Assembly: GCF_009914755.1 (NCBI RefSeq) | Contig: NC_060948.1 | Source: the human T2T-CHM13v2.0 reference genome, Homo sapiens | Reading direction: 5' to 3' (one strand) | DNA: 64,000 nt | In this document: one piece after another, positions 61,301 through 64,000 of the stretch | How positions within the stretch are numbered: the first letter of the stretch is position 1 | Layout: each line of letters starts with the position of its first letter | Made by a program: the position numbers and the translations under genes | Notes under the pieces: model-generated | The model's database searches: none | The model's input: only the letters and a program-made list of their open reading frames with translations | Told to the model about the DNA's origin: nothing

Positions 61301-63137
61301 ACACTAAACAGCCAGAAAACAAAAAACAAAATAGCAATAGTAAGTCTTTGCCTATCAATAACATTGAATGTAAATGAACTAAAATCTTGAATGAATTTTT
61401 TAAAAGACCCAACTATATGGTACCTACAAGAAACTCATTTTACCTGTATAGATACACACAGACTGAAAATAAAGGGCTGGAAAAAGATATTCTATGAAAA
61501 TAAAAACCAAAAAAGGAGCACAAATACCTATACTTTTTATCAGATAAAATAGATTTCAAGACAAAAACTATAAAAACAGACTAAAAAGGTCATTATATAA
61601 TGATAAACAGGTCACTTCAGCAAGAGAATATAATAACTGTAAATATATATATGCACCCAACACTGGAGCACTCAGACACAGAAAGCAAATTTTATTAGAG
61701 TTTTAAGAGAGAGATAGACTCCTCCAATACAATAATAGCTGGAGACCTTAACACACAGCTTTCAGCATTGGGCAGATCATCCAGATAGAAAATCAGCAAA
61801 GAAATATTGAACTTAATCTGCATAATAAATCAAAAGGATCTCATAAATCTTTACACAACGTTTTATCCAAGAGCTGCAGAATACACTTTCTTCTGAGAAC
61901 ATGGATCATTCTCAAGGACAGACCTATGTTAAGCCACAAAACAAGTCTTAAAAACCTCAGTAAAACTAAGATAGTATCAAGTATCTGACCACAATAAAAT
62001 AAAACTAGACATCAATAACAAGAACTTTAGGAACCATGCAAACACATGGAAATAAAACAATATGCTCTTAAATTACCAGTGGGTCAATGAAGAAGTTAGT
62101 AATGAAATTTTAAAATGTATTGAAGCAAATGAAAATGCAAACATAACAAACCAAAATCTATGGGACACAGAGAAAGCAGTACTAAAAGGAAAGTTTATAG
62201 CAATAAGTCCTACATCAAATAAGTAGAAAAACGACAAATAGCCAATTTTAAAATGCATCTTAAAGAATTATAAAAGCAAGAGCAAATCATATGCAAAATA
62301 TGTAGAAGAAAGGAAATCATAATAATCAGAGCAAAAATAAATGAAATTGAAACCAAAAAGCAATACAAAAGATCAACAAAACAAAAAGCTGGCTTTTTTA
62401 CAAAAATAAACAAAATTGACAAAACTTTAGCCAGATTAAGGAAAAGAGATAAGATTCAAATAAATAAAATAAGAAATTAAAAAGGAGACATTATAACTTA
62501 TACTGTAGTAATTCAAAGGATCATTAGAGACTATTTTGAGCAATTATATGCCAATAAATTGAAAAACCTAGAAGAAATTGATAAATTCCTACACACATAC
62601 AACCTAGCAAGATGGAACCATGAAGAAATCCAGAACCTGAATAGACCAATAACAAGTAATGACATCAAAGCCATAATAAAACATCTCTCATCAAAGAAAA
62701 GCTCAGGATCCAATGGCTTAACTGTTGGATTCTACCAAACATTTAAAGAAGAACTAACACCAAACATAATCAAACTATTCCAAAAAATTGAGGAGGAGAG
62801 ATTACTTTCAAACTCATGCTATGAGGCCGGTATTACCCTGATACCAAAACTAAAGACACAACCAATAAAGAAAACTACAGGCCAGTATATCTCTGATGAA
62901 CACAGATGCACATGTCCTCAACAAAATCCTAGTAAAACAAATTCAACAACACATTAAAAAGATTATTCACTATAACAAAGTGGGATCAACCCAGGGGTAA
63001 AGAATGGTTCCACATATGCAAATCAATCAGTGTGATACATTATATCAACAGAATGAAGAACAAAAACCATATGATCTTTTCAACTGATGCTGAAAAAGTA
63101 TTTGATAAAATTCAACATCCCTTCATGATAAAAACTC

Positions 63138-63389
<252 letters not shown>

Positions 63390-64000
63390 TTAACTGTAAA
63401 TGATATACAAAAGAAATCAAGAAAATAATCCCATCTATAATAGCTATAAATAAAATAAGATAAAATACCTAGGGATATACTTAACCAAAGAAGTGAAGGA
63501 AATCTACAATTAAAACTATAAAACATTGATAAAAGAAATTGAAGAGAACAAAAATTGTAATATATCCCATGCTCATAGATTAGAAAAATCAATATTGTTA
63601 AAATGTCCATACTACCCAAAGCAATCTACAAATTCAAGGCAATCCCTATGAAAATACCAACGACATTCTTCACAGAAATAGAAAAAAAATTCTAAAATTT
63701 ATATGGAGCCACAAAAGACCTAGACTAGCCAAAATCATCCTAAGGAAAAAGAGCAAAACTGGAGAAATCACATTACCAGACTTCAAATTATACTACAGAG
63801 ATTTAGTTACCAAAACAACATGGTGCTGGCATAAAAGCAGATACATAGACCAATGGAACAGAATGCAGAACCCAGAACTTAATCCACACATTTACAGTAA
63901 ACTCCGTTTTAACAAAAGTGTCAAGAACATATATTGGGGGAAAGACAGTCTCTTGAACAAATGGTGCTGGGAAAACTAGATATCTCTATGTAGAAGAAAG

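Noticed and set aside
60992-61412. RG-rich and Leu/Pro-rich ORFs
   Set aside because: GA-rich low-complexity repeat inside an L1

Overview
Human (or great-ape) genomic DNA from the Xq28/Yq12 pseudoautosomal region 2. The only intact gene is SPRY3 on the + strand: a non-coding exon ending at 4343, an intron 4344-9973, a single-exon 288-aa CDS at 10080-10946 and a probable ~7.9-kb 3'UTR ending near 18850. The rest is dense with L1, L2, MIR, Alu and LTR repeats. The standout is a 3.27-kb non-autonomous HERV-K14/HML-1-type provirus on the minus strand (39505-42770) with LTRs, a tRNA-Lys PBS, a PPT and a 5-bp TSD. Its gag-pol has been replaced by spliced TRPC6 mRNA (S2-S6, pore, TRP box), still open for 304 codons. 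Against TRPC6 as I recall it, the captured segment shows clustered sense-strand A-to-G changes that look like fossilised ADAR hyper-editing, and the two LTRs are structurally discordant. Other notable events are an AluY-L1 chimera under one TSD, an AluY insertion with a ~355-bp target deletion, one L1-endonuclease site used twice, SPRY3 uORFs, and miR-183/96/182 sites in the 3'UTR. Repeat subfamily calls and comparisons with reference sequences come from memory, not from alignments.
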